Below are positions 36,569-49,578 of a stretch of 64,000 bases of DNA, piece after piece. The translations under genes and the position numbers were made by a program. The notes beneath the pieces were generated by a model, which saw only the letters and a list, made by a program, of their open reading frames with translations, did no database searches and was not told where the DNA came from. How positions within the stretch are numbered: position 1 is the stretch's first letter; each line of letters begins with the position of its first letter. The stretch covers positions 2,018,244-2,082,243 of the forward strand of contig MU058252.1 in NCBI GenBank assembly GCA_013265495.1, in the 5' to 3' direction. The stretch is from Vicugna vicugna (Eukaryota).

Positions 36569-37666
36569 CCAGACCTGGGCTCCTTGCCTCCTCTCCCTCC
36601 CTGAGGGGCTCACGGAGCTTTGTAATTCTCCTTGCACCTCTCAGAACACTGTCCTGAGGTTACAGGGTCCTCCAGTTACGGCGGGTCCACCGCAGTGCTC
36701 ACTAACATTCACCTGAATGAACGAACAAATCAGAGCAAGCCAGGAAGGAAGGAAGGGATTCAGGTATTTAATAACCTGGGATGCATCCTGGGAGAGCAGA
36801 GCCTGCTGATTCTAAAACTCAGCACAGTGCTGAACTGCAAATCCTCCAGTGGGTAAACTTACACATAAATTACGTGTAATTAGCATTTAAGAGCCTTGTC
36901 AAATAGTCATGGGAATGTTCTTAAAGTGCATCTGAGCTCTAAATTCATTATTTCTGGATTATCTTTAAACAAAGAGACCCTCTAAAACCCGGTAACAAAG
37001 CCCCATAATAGTGGCCGCCCCAGACCGGAGCTGAGCTCTTCCACTGCAAGCTGCTTTCCTGACACACGATTATCTGCCCCATTAGCATTTCAACAGCTTC
37101 CTTATTTTGTTATCATCGTGGTGGCGCCAGTAAACAAATGTTAGTTTTTTAATCCTAAGAAATGATCTAGAATAAAAACAAATTTAAAGACTCATTTTCT
37201 TTTTTCCTTCAAATGAGCTCAGTGGTAACAGCCTGGCTCTGCTGTCGGAACTGACGCAGTTCGGTACGCCTGCGTCGCTAGAGAAAGGCCAGCAGCACGG
37301 GCTGCATGTCCGTCACCAAATGCGTCAGAATCGGCAATCATAGGTTTGAGACTGCTAGATTTTTCTTTCATGCGTGGTCAGTGGGCACCTGGGACTGTTT
37401 CTGGTGAGTGAGACAGTGTCACCTTTACCGTCATCATCGGATCTCACCTACGGTACAGGTAACGATGGGGCCGAACCCAAGGGGTGGCTGATACTCAGGG
37501 TGGGAAGAGCAGCGGTCACACAGGGAGCCGTTCAGGACGGGAGGGGGATGCCTGCTGCCCGGGACCCGAGGCACACACAGAGCCGGGAGAGGAGACGCCA
37601 AGAGACAGGGCAAGTGAGGTGAATACAGAGTCTGGAGTCATGGTATAAAGGAGTAACAGCATACAA

Positions 37667-37730
37667 GTGTATGTGTGCGCATGTGTGTGTGTGAGAGAGA
37701 GAGACAGAGACAGAGACAGAGACAGAGAGA
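37667..37730. repeat. Compound (TG)n(GA)n(GAGACA)n microsatellite
   Basis: Direct observation. Confidence 0.9.
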
Positions 37731-37871
37731 AACAGGACGCCTGTGCTCCTCGTCCTGGAAATCACCCTGCCTGGCTCTGCGACGTGCCCTCTGAAGGCTC
37801 TGCCCAAGGTGTGCGTTTGTGTCATACATCACGGGTGCGAGGCTTAGCCTCTTGTAGAATTAACTTGATGC

Positions 37872-37995
37872 GTTAGCCCTGTGAGTTAGAGGAGTGATTG
37901 TTAGCCCATTTTACAGATGAGAAAACTAAGAACTAGGAACAATAAAAGTGAGTTATTTACTTGATGAGGCTCACAGTCAAGACTAGAGCCCAGAG
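37872..37995 (-). mobile_element. MIR fragment
   Basis: gcccattttacagatgagaaaactaag MIR core. Confidence 0.65.
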
Positions 37996-38351
37996 ATTTG
38001 GGCATTTTGCCTGGGGCCTTGCCCTGTTTCCCCTCTAGCACTCCCCTGTGTACAAAGGCGGGGGCTTCAGCACAGACAGACCCAAGGGTCGTCTCTGGGG
38101 TGCAGGGGGACGGAGTGGAGGAAAGACCCCATCACCCCCCCAGTAACACCTCCAGCAGCTGAGAACTGTCTTATCAAGTCAAACGAGGACTTCCGACAGT
38201 CACCCCTTTCCAGATTTGAGGATGAAGAGGACAGAAGCACAAGATGCTCCTTTATCTTCCTCCTCCTTCCCCAGATGAGTGGCATCATAACAGGGTAGCC
38301 CCTGTGCATGGATATATACGCCTGGATGCTACCATTAGATACATGACAATA

Positions 38352-38394
38352 TGGATGGATGGACAGACGGATGGATGGACAGATAGACGGATAG
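38352..38394. repeat. Degenerate (ATGG/ACAG/ACGG)n tetranucleotide repeat
   Basis: Direct observation. Confidence 0.8.
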
Positions 38395-40389
38395 GTAGCT
38401 GCTGGTGAGGATGTAGCTGGTGCTGCCGGTAGAGTGGGTCCTGGACCGCTGTGCGTAGCTAACCCGAAGGCCAAAGGCATAACTGACTAAGAAGTGGTTG
38501 GGCATCTGAGAGGCCAAGGGCCACGTGAGACACTAGCACTGGGAGCAGCGAAGAGAAGCTAAGTGGGTACTGAAACGATTTTATCATATTTACATAGAGC
38601 TACCCGTGTGCTCTTAAAGAGGCTGATCTATGTCCGGGGTTCTTTTTCTCCAGGTGTCTTCCTTCAAACAAGATTTCGGAGTGGCTGGGATGTCACTGTC
38701 ATTCCGCGTGTCGGCAGGTGCCGATGAGTTCATCTGTGTTTTGCTGCAGTGGTATCTGTGAAGCTCTATTAGGCTGCAGCGAAAAGCCATCTTTCTTATT
38801 GTTTGTTCCTTCCCTTCATATAATTGACATATTGTATTTTGTTCTGTATTATCTTTCGGTGCTTTATGGCAAAGTGTCCACATTCCTCATTTAGCTCTCC
38901 CAAAGTATTTCTTGTGAGCCAAAGACAAAGATAATGAATGATCCTCTTATGAAAGGAGAAAAAGTTTCCCCAAGTCTTTCCAAATCTGCCTTCATTACAT
39001 TATGCCTGGATCACTTGACAGAAGGGGACTTCAAAGCTGATTGTGATGATGATTTACAAAACTAAGCTGGGGGGACTGGGAACAAATCTTTTCTTACAAA
39101 GTTAATAATGGATCTTACCTGGTAGGGTTGCTGAAGTGCACTATTTTCACAGAGACTGAAATACCGTGTAACTCAGCAGATTGGGGTTGAAGAAAGAGCT
39201 ATAGAATTAAATGATTTCAAAATCAATTTTAAAATTCGCCTTTTTGAAATTCAGATCTCTTGTCATAAAATCATTGAATTTCCAAGCTACAAGAATCCAA
39301 GAAATGTGATCTCATTCGTTTTGCTCTCTCCCTCAATACAGCAGTGAATCAGTCAGCCAGCACCTTTCCCTGTGGCTGATGTAAGGGAAGTGTTAAACAC
39401 AAGTCCTGTCCTGAAACTTGAACCCACAACGGAAGCTTATGGAAGTAGGACGGGAGACCATAACAGAGTGTGTGCACATGTTGAGGGCTGTGAATGCTGG
39501 CTCAACTCAGCAAAGGGAGAGCTCTGTTTGAGCCGGAGGGCTACACGGAAAAAGGGGAATTTGGCTTTGGCTGTGAAAATTGCATAACATTTGAAAACAT
39601 AGAAAGAATGTGGGTAAGGATTTAAGACCCTGGGGTCTTCCTGAGTGAGCCACGGAGGCAGGAGTAAGTGCAGCTGATGGTCAGAGGGGAATACACGGCA
39701 GCCACGCAAAGGTGGTCCTCACTCTTGACTTCAGATTATCTGGTACATGATCATAATAAACATTACTAAACAGCCAAGTATTGGCAAAAGGCTTGATTAA
39801 AGAAGGAATCTAAGGGAAGGAAAAATTGCCTCTAAGAATTACTCATAAAACATGAGGGACACTCGAGTGACCATGAGTGGCTCCCTGATTTCAAGGAGTT
39901 GGTCATACTTGGATTCCCTCTTCTTCCTTCTTTCTATCCTGATGGCTGGAACTCTGGGTGTGCTTCCCTCAGCAAGTTCACGCATACACGCAAATGTGTT
40001 GATGGCTGATAACTTCTTGATCCATAACCATTCCCAGTAGCAGCTGGCGTTTAATTTGGGAGAGCACCTTAGACATTCAGACAGGAGCACGGCGGTGCAG
40101 GTCAGGAAGTTTGGAGGCATGAAAGCTACCTCCCCGGCTCTACGGGACATTCACCTGAGATGGCCATGCTCTAAGGTGAAGCCCTAGGATGACAGGAAAG
40201 AGGCTTTCATTTCTGCACTTCAAACTCTTTATTCTTTTCTGAACAGGGGAGAACAGCTGCTCCCTTTTTCTCCCCTTATGCTTCCTTTCCTGAGAAGACT
40301 CTCTGCATTTGGTTTATACCCACGACCGACATGCAAGCACATGAGCTGGTGTCCTTGGTCCATTACCAGTTGCGAGCATAGCTTGGTTT

Positions 40390-41985
40390 TATGATGGATT
40401 TGTCATTAATTTCTATTGTTTTGAAATTTTATATCTGTATATATTTATTTTTATATATTTTGAAGTTATAGAATTAGGTAGATACACTTTTAAAACTGCT
40501 GAATCTTCTTCGTGAAGCAAACCATGAACATATAATTAATATCTTTATTTTTAAGATGTTTTCCACCCTCTTAGCGTATATATTTCTCTGATGTCAATGT
40601 ACTTTTACCTGTTGTATATATTATTATTTTATTAGCTTTTTCTAAATAGAAGTAAATCAGTGTTTGGTACAACTTTTCCCCTCCTTTGGCTTCAAGTTTT
40701 CTGCATTCTTATGTTTACAGCTTTAACTAGACAGTTTGGGTCAATACTGAGATCACTGAAAGTTTGAATTCATTTTTTCCAAATTGTTTTTTTCTTTTTA
40801 TTTGTCTTGCTTTTTTTCTGCATTTCTCAATTTTCTCCTGTTTTACTTAATTTGGAGTGATTGAGATCTGTTTTCTGTTGTCTGTATTTCTTCATTCAGT
40901 TTTCTCTTCTAGTAGTCTGGATGTTATTTTTTCTATATCTTTCTGTAGCGCTAAGACTTTTAACACGTGTACTTACCTTGAAAAGCCTTAAAGGGCAACC
41001 AACATAGTTAGACATCAAGCCAATTATAATGCTTTTGGTCTGATTGCCCATTTGTGACTATTGTCCTGTCAAGTTCCTAACTTCAAAGATCAGTTTTTTT
41101 TTTGGAAATATACTTATTGTTCTTTTTAGATTTGGTTATTTGTCTGCCTTTTTTTCCTGATGATTACTTTTACTTGGTGAACTTTTTTAGATGTTTTTTC
41201 TTTTTTCCTGGAGTACATCCTTTGAACACCATCGTTCAACATGTGGTGCACGTGTCAGCACTGGCCTGGAAACAGTTAGTTCACAACCTGACAAGGAGCT
41301 TGATCCAGAATGCAAATCGGCTTCATCACCAAGAACCCCATGCAGGACAACCAGTGCGTTTACCCCAGCAAGATTCCCAGAGGAAGATGCAGTCTGTTGA
41401 CTTACATCCTGGAGAAAACTCCTTATCTTATCCCAGACCCACCTGTATTTTAGGAACCCCGTTCGTAAGTTTCTCTTAGTGTAAGTTTTTTGTTGGTTAG
41501 TGAGTGTTTTTATTTTGTCCTCATTCTGGAAAAATAGTTCTGTTGTACAAAGAGTTATCAACTGAGAAATTCTCTCTATTTGCTGGTTAAGCTGTTGACA
41601 AGCCAGCTGTCAGCCTACTTACTTTTCTTTTGTAGAAAATCTATTTTCTCTCTGCAAGGTGGACTTCTGGTCCACATCGCTCCGCATGCTCGCTATGGCG
41701 TACCGAGTTGTACGTTCCTTCTGCTTATTTCTCCTGCTCAAGGTTTCTCAGGCTTCCTGTTCCTGGAGATTGGCCTTCAGTGGTTACAGAGAATTCCCCT
41801 CTCTTCCATGATCTCTCCAAATACTGTCTCTTTTCCATGTTCCTCATTGTCTCTTTCCAATGCTTCGATGGGGTGAATTTTAGGCCTCTCTGTACCTTAC
41901 CCTGGCTGACATTTTGACGCAGCTCTCACAGAACCACGGGGCACTTTCTCTAGATCCAGCTTCAGGGTCAGTAATTCTCTGTTAA
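40390..41985 (-). mobile_element. Highly decayed L1M ORF2 5' and ORF1 region
   Basis: T-rich antisense L1 motifs (tattttgaagttatag...ttaggtagatac; tttattttgtcctcattctggaaaaatagttctgttg); interrupted by unassigned sequence at about 41227-41465. Confidence 0.55.
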
Positions 41986-43879
41986 CATGACTTAGCACCG
42001 TGCAGTTGTTAAATTCGCAGATGAACGGATGGGGGCAAGGGAAAGGGAGACTGATTGATTGATTAGTTGATTGGTTGATTCTGAGAGGAAGCAGGTCTCT
42101 GGTTGGGAGAACAGTGTTTGTTGTGCACAGAGCCCCTTAACTCAGTTCCCCGTGGTGTAATATGACGGGAGACAGATGGGAGGGGTGCCTTCCAGTTCAC
42201 TGTAACTCCTTCAGGTACCATATGCGCTAGGAAGCCTTCTGTAAACTTCCTCTTTGCTGCTTTAGCCCTCTGTGCTTCTCTCTCTCAAAGAACTCAACAC
42301 ACAGTCTTCCAACATACAGATTACTGTTTGCCTAGCTCACTGCGCTCTGATCTCACTGGGGGCAGGAGATGACTTCTCCACCTTTGCATCTCTAATGCCT
42401 GTTGAAAGCCTGGCACATAGTAATTCCCAGGGTTTCTACTGCTCTCAGCGATCATTGCAATCCAACCTTCTATTTTCCATTATTATTCTGTAAGATTGTA
42501 TTAGAATCCTATAATGTTAGATGTGAAGGCTACCCGTGCTGCGTTACATGAATGTGTCATACTCAGGGTTCATTTGGCTTTGGCTTTACGGACTGATATT
42601 GGTCAGGATACTCTCAGCCCCCCATCCTCTTCACATCAAGGACCAGCACAAGTTTAAGTGCCTACAATCTCATGTTTTGGGAGGAAGGAAAGGTATCTGC
42701 CAGGCAGAAAGAGAAGGGAGGAAAATGGTCACCGGGTAAGTGAAACACAGGGTTTGTAAATTTATTAGTAATTATGCTTTCCCAGAAATGGCTCAGTCTG
42801 GAGAAGGAAAATATTATAGACATTTCTTTCTATTTTAAATATTTTCCTTAATGTCCATTCCTGAGTTCCACGAGCTGTGTCTAAACTGAAAGAGCAGCAG
42901 CAGTCGCTCATCTTGTCAAGCGTCCTGCGATCTGCACAGCTGCGTAACCCGTTAGCATCTCCTCGCTGCTCATTCTGAGCTCGCGCTCTCCTGCTGATTT
43001 TTCACTGCAGAGGTGGGAAAGCACTAAATGGCAATTTGTTCCTTTAATTTGCCTGTGCAAACAAAGTCAGGGGACAAAGAAAGATGCATAGTGACTGCAA
43101 AAGATCATTATTATTTTATCAACAATAACAATACGATGCTCCATTAGAACAACTCCTTAGTAATAAGTGCACCTAAAAGCAAGAGACTGAGGCAATGCAG
43201 AAGACAAATGCCCATGATGCTACACGAATTATTTTGCAAAGGGGCGACTGTAGTCTGCCACTGCCTGACACAGTCACTGCAAATTTTACAATTCTGTATC
43301 TGTCTCACCAGCTTTCAGAATGTGTGCTGGCTATGGGCAAATTGACTAATGCAAATCCAGGCGACTTGCGGGCATAAAGGGACTCTCCAGCACACACTGC
43401 TAAGATTTCAGGGGCTGCCACAGAAATTTCTTTAAAAAGAACATAAAACCTCCCTTATGATTGAGAGATACAATTTAAATGGTACCTCTCTTTGGGTGAT
43501 AAGCTGTGTGGGTTTAAACTCACCCTAAGCTTAAATCAGGTATACTTTCTAAGGGAAAGAGCAGCCCTGAGAATGCCCAGGAAGCTTCACTGGTGTGGAA
43601 AAGGGGGGCCTGTGAAATAATCTGGGGGTCAAATTGCATCTTTATTTCCTCCACCACTAACTGAAATTTAGCATCTCCTTCAGTTGTGAATGCAGACGAC
43701 AGCCCTGCTGCAGAAGCAGCACTGTGACGTCACCACCCTTAGAAGTCCCCGATTGTTGACCGTCACTCTGTGGAACACTGACCCCAACGTCCTGGAATAT
43801 TATTTACTCTTAGCATGACTTTGAACGTATTATCCGCAACTTCGTGATTTAAAAATCATGTTACTGTATCAACATTTCT

Positions 43880-44046
43880 TTTCTTGAAGTTTTGATAACT
43901 GCACCTTCGACACAGTAACTCCTTTCCTTTGGAACCTCGTGGTTTCCTTCTTCTTTTTGCATTTAAGGACGTCATTCTTAGGAGGGTCTAGAGGCTCTAC
44001 CAGTGTGTCCAAGGGTCCCAATCTCAGCAAGGGGGTAAGAGCCCTG
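43880..44046. mobile_element. hAT-Charlie-type DNA transposon terminal fragment
   Basis: ttgataactgca...gcatttaaggacgtcattcttaggagggtctagaggctctaccag...ccaagggtccc...gggtaagagccctg. Confidence 0.55.
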
Positions 44047-44684
44047 CCTTAAAGATCAAAGAAGAAAGGGGAAAAGCAGGGACTCTGTTGATAAAGTTCT
44101 CCAACTTCACAATTTTGCCTTTGGCCAAAAAAAGCAGATGCTCCCTGCTGAATAGACTAATGCACAATTTAAAAATCGATTTCGGGGTAATGATGGAGAG
44201 CGAAGTCCAAACAGCAAGTCCTCATCCAGATTCCAAATCTTAGCAGAGGTGGGGGGCCTGAACCCCGGTACAGGGAAATCCACCTTGTACAGAGCAATGA
44301 AAGAACCCCATTTTCTAAGTAGGGAGAATTCTTTTGATTGGCATTGAGACTTGAAAACGAGCACGAAAATGAAGTGGGCAACAGAAGGAGGCAGGGACCC
44401 CGCCCTCTTCCCCGTCTCTTCCCTTTCCTTCCAAGAAAAGCATGCAGGTGAAGACACCTAGGACTCTGCTTGCAACCCCAGCAAACGGCTCACCGTCCTT
44501 GTGCCTGAATGTTTTACTCTGCAAACTACCAGGGATCTGGTTCTCTGGTCTGGCCACACTCACTTCCAATCAAGCCAAATATAAAAAGCACCCCTGGGAG
44601 CACCAATTTTGTGCTAGGCACCCTGTTGCACACCCGAGTGACTGTTTACTGAGCGGATACTACCTGCCAGGTACTTTTGTGTGC

Positions 44685-44891
44685 CAAGGGCCAGCCAAGT
44701 TTTCTCTAAAGGGCGAGACAGGATATTTTAGGTTTTGCCAGTCCTGGGACGGTCTCTGTAGCAGCCGAATACAGCACAAAACGCCACGGACAACATGTGA
44801 GCAAACAGGTGGCCGCGCTCCAAAAAGCCAGACTCACAAAACCAGACATGGGGCCGTATGGATCCTACGGGCTGTCGTGGGCTGACTTCTG
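44685..44891. mobile_element. MER58A-like hAT MITE
   Basis: caagggccagccaagttttctctaaagggcgagacaggatattttaggttttgc...ggtctctgtagcag...gctgacttctg follows the MER58A layout. Confidence 0.8.
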
Positions 44892-44964
44892 TTCTCCGTA
44901 TGAACAAGGGGCGCACAGTCCCCATGGCTTACATTCTAGCAGAGGGAGGCGCACATGAAGCCAC

Positions 44965-45330
44965 TGTTAGGATCACCCAGGTTCGTCCATGTACTCTGAG
45001 CATCACCCGCTGAGACAGGATGAAACAGGTAAGAGATGCATTAGGGGAAATGCCCAGGAGAGAAAATGTGGAGGGAGTGAGAAGAGGGTGGGAGGCTCTC
45101 GGAGGGGACCCCCTCTCCCTGCCCCTCCTCCAGGGAAAGAGACAGGAGAAAGGAAGGTGAGAGTGTCTTAGGTTGCGGTGAAGTCCTAAGGAGAGTTTGG
45201 TGAGGCCAGTGGGGAGCCCTCCAGCCAAAGTCGTCCATCAGAGGGGTCCCACGTCTCCAGGAAGGGGCCCGTCTCAGTGTCCCTGCCGTGCTCGCAGGGG
45301 CAGCACTGGACGTCCCCCCAGCAGAGGGGG
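44965..45330. mobile_element. Ancient ERVL-class LTR fragment
   Basis: ttaggggaaatgccc...gccaaagtcgtccatcagaggggtcccacgtctccaggaag...ccctgccgtgctc; resembles 61960-62260. Confidence 0.5.
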
Positions 45331-45461
45331 TCCTGGGGCACTGAAGGGTCCTCAGTCAGAGACCCCAGAGGAGTGCTCTCCTGGCTGCCTTACGCCTCCT
45401 CAGCCCCGCCCTCCCCAGGCATCCGGATGCCTCAGAGTTGCCCCGTATCTGAGCCATTGAT

Positions 45462-46245
45462 TTTTTGTTGATTTATAGTTATTTTACAATGTTGTGTAAA
45501 TTCCAGGGTAGAGGACAGTTTTTCAGTCATACATGAACATATATATATATATTCATTGTCACATTTTTTTCTCTGTGAGCTACCATAAGATCTTGTGTAT
45601 ATTTCCCTGTGCTATACCATATAATCTTGTTTATCTATTCTACAATTTTGAAATCCCATCTATCCCTTCCCATCCTCCGCTCCCTTGACAACCACAAGTT
45701 TGTATTCTATGTCTGTGAGTCTATTTCTGTTCTGTATTTATGCTTTGTTTTTTTGTTTTTGTTTTTGCTTTTCTTTTTAGATTCCACATATGAGTGATCT
45801 CATATGGTATTTTTCTTTCTCTTTCTGGCTTACTTCACTTAGAATGACATTCTCCAGGAGCACCCATGTTGCTGCAAATGGCGTTATGTTGTTTTTTATG
45901 GCTGAGCAGTATTCCATTGTATAAAGATACACATCTTTTCTATCCAGTCACCTGTTGATGGACATTTAGGCTGTCTCCACGTCTTGGCTGTTATAAATAG
46001 TGCTACTATGAACATTGGGGTGCAGGTGTCATTTTGGAGTAGGGTTCCTTCTGGATATATGCCCAGGAGCGGAATTTTTGGGTCACATGGTAAGTCTATT
46101 TTTAGTCTTTTGAAGAATCTCCATACTGTTTTCCACAGTGGCTGCACCAAACTGCATTCCCACCAGCAGTGTGGGAGGGATCTCCAGAATATATAAGCAG
46201 CTCATATGACTTAACAAGAAACAACCAAACAACTCAAACCAAAAA
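45462..46245 (-). mobile_element. L1 with 5' inversion (twin priming): minus-strand body 45462-46180, inverted piece about 46180-46250
   Basis: Minus ORF 45896-46150 is ORF2p C-terminus ([32 protein letters not shown]); a plus-strand upstream ORF2 piece atctccagaatatataagcagctcata...caaaaatg follows; degenerate TSD tgagccattgatttt / tgagctgttgctctt. Confidence 0.9.
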
Positions 46246-46467
46246 TGAGCTGTTGCTCTTAACCGTGCTGATCGACTTCAGCTGCACCCGTGGACCTCGT
46301 TTATCCCCCCAAGGAGCAGCCCGGATGCTGTTCTTTGTGAATCTGGTTCTTTTCCTGGGCAGGGATCTTTGTTCCTTTGTCGGAGTGGGTGATGGGGATC
46401 TGTTTCATGCTCTGTCACTACTGATTCCACCGTTTCTATGTTTATCTGCCCTAGAATATTGGTAATT

Positions 46468-46722
46468 TCTTTTTTTTTAAATTTACTGAGGTATAACTTA
46501 TATGCAAAAGTTGCATACATTTAATCTATACAATTTGGTGACTTTGGACATATGCATATCCCTGTGCTATTATCATTATTACTTACCACTGTGCTAAATA
46601 TTTCTATCACCTCCCCCAATTTCCTTGTGTTCTTGACTCTGTGTGTGTGTGTGTTTGTGTGTGTGTATGTGTGTGTGTTTTGTGGTGAGAGCCCTAATAT
46701 GAGAAGTATCCTCTTAACATCT
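46468..46722 (-). mobile_element. L1MA-type 3' end with internal (TG)n at about 46639-46678
   Basis: tttactgaggtataacttatatgcaaaag...atctatacaatttggtg...ctatcacctccccaatttccttgtg...gtggtgagagc. Confidence 0.7.
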
Positions 46723-47380
46723 TATTTCTGATGTCTGAACATATGCTCCCACTTCCAAAGGCACATATCTCCGCACATTTCCACCCACAGTGGGACCATG
46801 TGTGGCAAGATTATATCTTGATGTGGTTGAATTTTTTACGCACTACCTTTCTTTCTTTCTCTTATAGGAGCCTCCAGGGCAAATTCTTTTTTTTACCCCA
46901 CTCCCACCTCCCCTCACTCCGAAACAGAAACAAGGATGCAGAAAACTAGGTCCAGTGAAACTCTGACTCTAGTGTCACAAGACGAGCAGCAGTGACCTCT
47001 TCCCCATAGTGAGAAGACTGGTCTAGGCGAGGATGGGAGATGCAGGGGAGGTTCCAGGGGACACCAGAGTGAGGCAGGGATGAAGGACTCCCGTCAGAAA
47101 CCCGGAAAGGGACTCGGGGGAGGACCCGGTCGGGGAGAACGTCTGCGGGGATCAAGCACCGAGAGGCTCGGCCCCCAAGAAGGGGGACTGAACACAACCT
47201 GCTGTCTCTTCTCTGGAGCAGTAGAAACCACTGACCCTTCTGTTTCAAAGCATGTGATACCTTTTTGGGTGAGTTCCTACAGTAATTCATTTCCTGGTCA
47301 AATAAACTTCGTAAAAGCCCAAGATGTACACGTTTTAGAGAACTTGTAACAATTTTGATCAATAAGTAAACTTGAGGTTT

Positions 47381-47425
47381 ACACACACACGCACAAATGC
47401 ACACACACACACACACACACACACA
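47381..47425. repeat. Interrupted (CA)n microsatellite
   Basis: Direct observation. Confidence 0.9.
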
Positions 47426-49051
47426 TGCCCTTAGTAAGACTGGAGGTTTTGGGGTCCTGGGTAAGTCACACTACAGAGTTGAGACTGCTCTTCTCCTGGG
47501 CTGGTCAGCAGTCGCCTCCGACATCCACGCCTGCAGGCGGCTTCCCTTGCTTGCCCTGAACCGCCCACCCATGCAGTCATCTCCTCACTGTCCACCTCTG
47601 GGGAGACAAGGGCCCCCACCCCGGGCTCCCTGCTCTGTCGGGGAGCAGGTGTGCGACCAAGGCTGACAGTCACCGTTCAGCTGACCAGGTGGGGGTACTG
47701 AGCCCAGGTGTTCACAGTGGCCCCCACAGAGGGTCCCTAAGTCTAGACTCAGAGAAGGAAGGTGGGAATTCTGCCGTGTTCAGGTCAAAGTCCGACTCAG
47801 CCTCGAGAAATGGCGTAGGTCAGGTATGGCTGGGCGGCTGTCTGGTTAGTCACAGGCTGAGACCTTTCTGCTGCTTCACGCGCCCGGGGGAGGGGTGGGG
47901 AAGGCAAAAGCAGCCAATGCCCACACAACTCTGGGCAGGTCTCCAGCTGCCCTAGGAAACCTTCACCCAGCAAGGCGCATCCTCTCCCATTAAACACGCC
48001 ATCTCCGGGCAGTTAGGGTGTGTTTCGGGGCTACGACCTCTACGGGACTTTTCCTTTTTTCTAGTTGTTCGAAATTTCCCTGAGAGACGAAGTGAAACCC
48101 AGGTGCACCACGTATTCTCTAATCATGAGATTTCGTTCAGAGAGTCCTGCGGGCAGCTCGGCTTAGACGTTCCCCTAGGCGTCACTGAAGTCAGTCAAGC
48201 CGCAGAGCCCCTTTCCAGCTCGATGCCCTGTTACAGAAAGGCAGGGAGGCTCCTGGAAGAAACCTACATCCTCTGGGAAACGGTCTCATCTCCAAGGACC
48301 ACAAACATCACGATGAGTTCCTTACAATGGACGGTGGAATTTATCATCACGTGGGACAGTTTCAATGTTGGACGAGACTAGAGATGCCACCCCAACCCCC
48401 CCCCCGGTTCTGACAGTCATTCCCAAGGACGTTTCTCTCCTCATGACGGGGTGTCCCTGAGGAAGAGTGACTCCTCTCTCTCCCAGGCCCCACACCCCGC
48501 CTGTGTGCTCAAGTCTCGGGGAGGGGACGGCTGACTCTTCATCATGAACGTGCTGGCTCCCTGTAGCTTAGCTGGGATGTTCCTGGTGTGAACCGCAGAG
48601 CGGGGACACCAGTGGGGAATATTCAAGCGTGCACTGGCGTGAACTTCAAGCCTGCAAGCTCAGACTTCTGTGGTCCCTACTGACTCCAGATCTAGAGACA
48701 AAGATGCTGAGAGAGAAGCTCTGTGCCTGGTGGCGCGGCGGCAGCAAGTCAGGGAACGTCGGGCGGTAACTTCCACCCGGCAGGCGCCTGCTTCAGTACA
48801 CCTGGAGAGGCCCAGGCAACTGCAGGGCATGTTGTTTCAACTATGATTAATAGCCGATCCTGATGGACCATTTGCCTCTAAAAAGTATCAACATATAATT
48901 CAGAAAAACAGCACAGCCTTTACGTAAAACTTTATACTATTTATTACTGCCCCCAAGTTACTGATTTCCACTTTTGGAGATTTATGCTTGCTCTTTGGTA
49001 CCTTCAAGTTACTTGGTACCAAGGACGAAATCGTGCCCTGACCCCCATTCA

Positions 49052-49258
49052 TTTTTTTTTTAATTGAAGTGTAGTTGATTTACAGTGTTAGTGTCAGGTG
49101 TACAGCAAAGCGATTCAGTTATACATGTGCATACATGTATATCTTCTTTTCCGATTCTTTTCCATTATAGGTTATGACAAGAAACTGAATACAGTTCCCT
49201 GTGCTCTGCAGTAGGTCCTTGTTGTCTCTCTCTTTTATGCACAGCAGTGTGTATCTGT
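49052..49258 (-). mobile_element. Short L1 3' end fragment
   Basis: ttttttaattgaagtgtagttgatttacagtgttag...cagttccctgtgctctgcagtaggtccttgttg. Confidence 0.88.
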
Positions 49259-49578
49259 CTGACCCCCACGGCAATGGTATTTGCAGACAGGGCCCTTGAG
49301 AGGTAATTCAGGTTAGATGAACTAATGAGGAGAGAGCCCCAGGGACGGGATTAGTGCTCTTATAAGAAGAGACACCAGAGAGCTTCTTCCTCTTCCTCTC
49401 CCAGGTGAGGACACAGCGAGAAAGCGGGCACCTGAAAGACAGGAGGGCAGCTCCCACCAGGCAGCTGCATCGGTCAGCACCTAGATCTTGGACTTGCAGC
49501 CCCTGGAAATGCGAGAAGTCTGTTTTTCTGCTGTTTAAGCCACCCGGTCCGTGGCATTTCGTTACGGCAACAAACACA
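49259..49578 (+). mobile_element. MaLR LTR (MLT1A-like)
   Basis: atggtatttgcagacagggcccttgagaggtaattcaggttagatga...gggattagtgctcttataagaagagacaccagagag...gtttaagccacccggtccgtggcatttcgttacggca. Confidence 0.85.

Noticed and set aside
38640..38790. Plus-strand acceptor ttctttttctccag followed by a possible exon
   Set aside because: No strong donor or recognisable peptide downstream.
39113..39135. U1 snRNA-like start (cttacctggtaggg)
   Set aside because: Similarity ends after about 14 nt; no U1 body follows.
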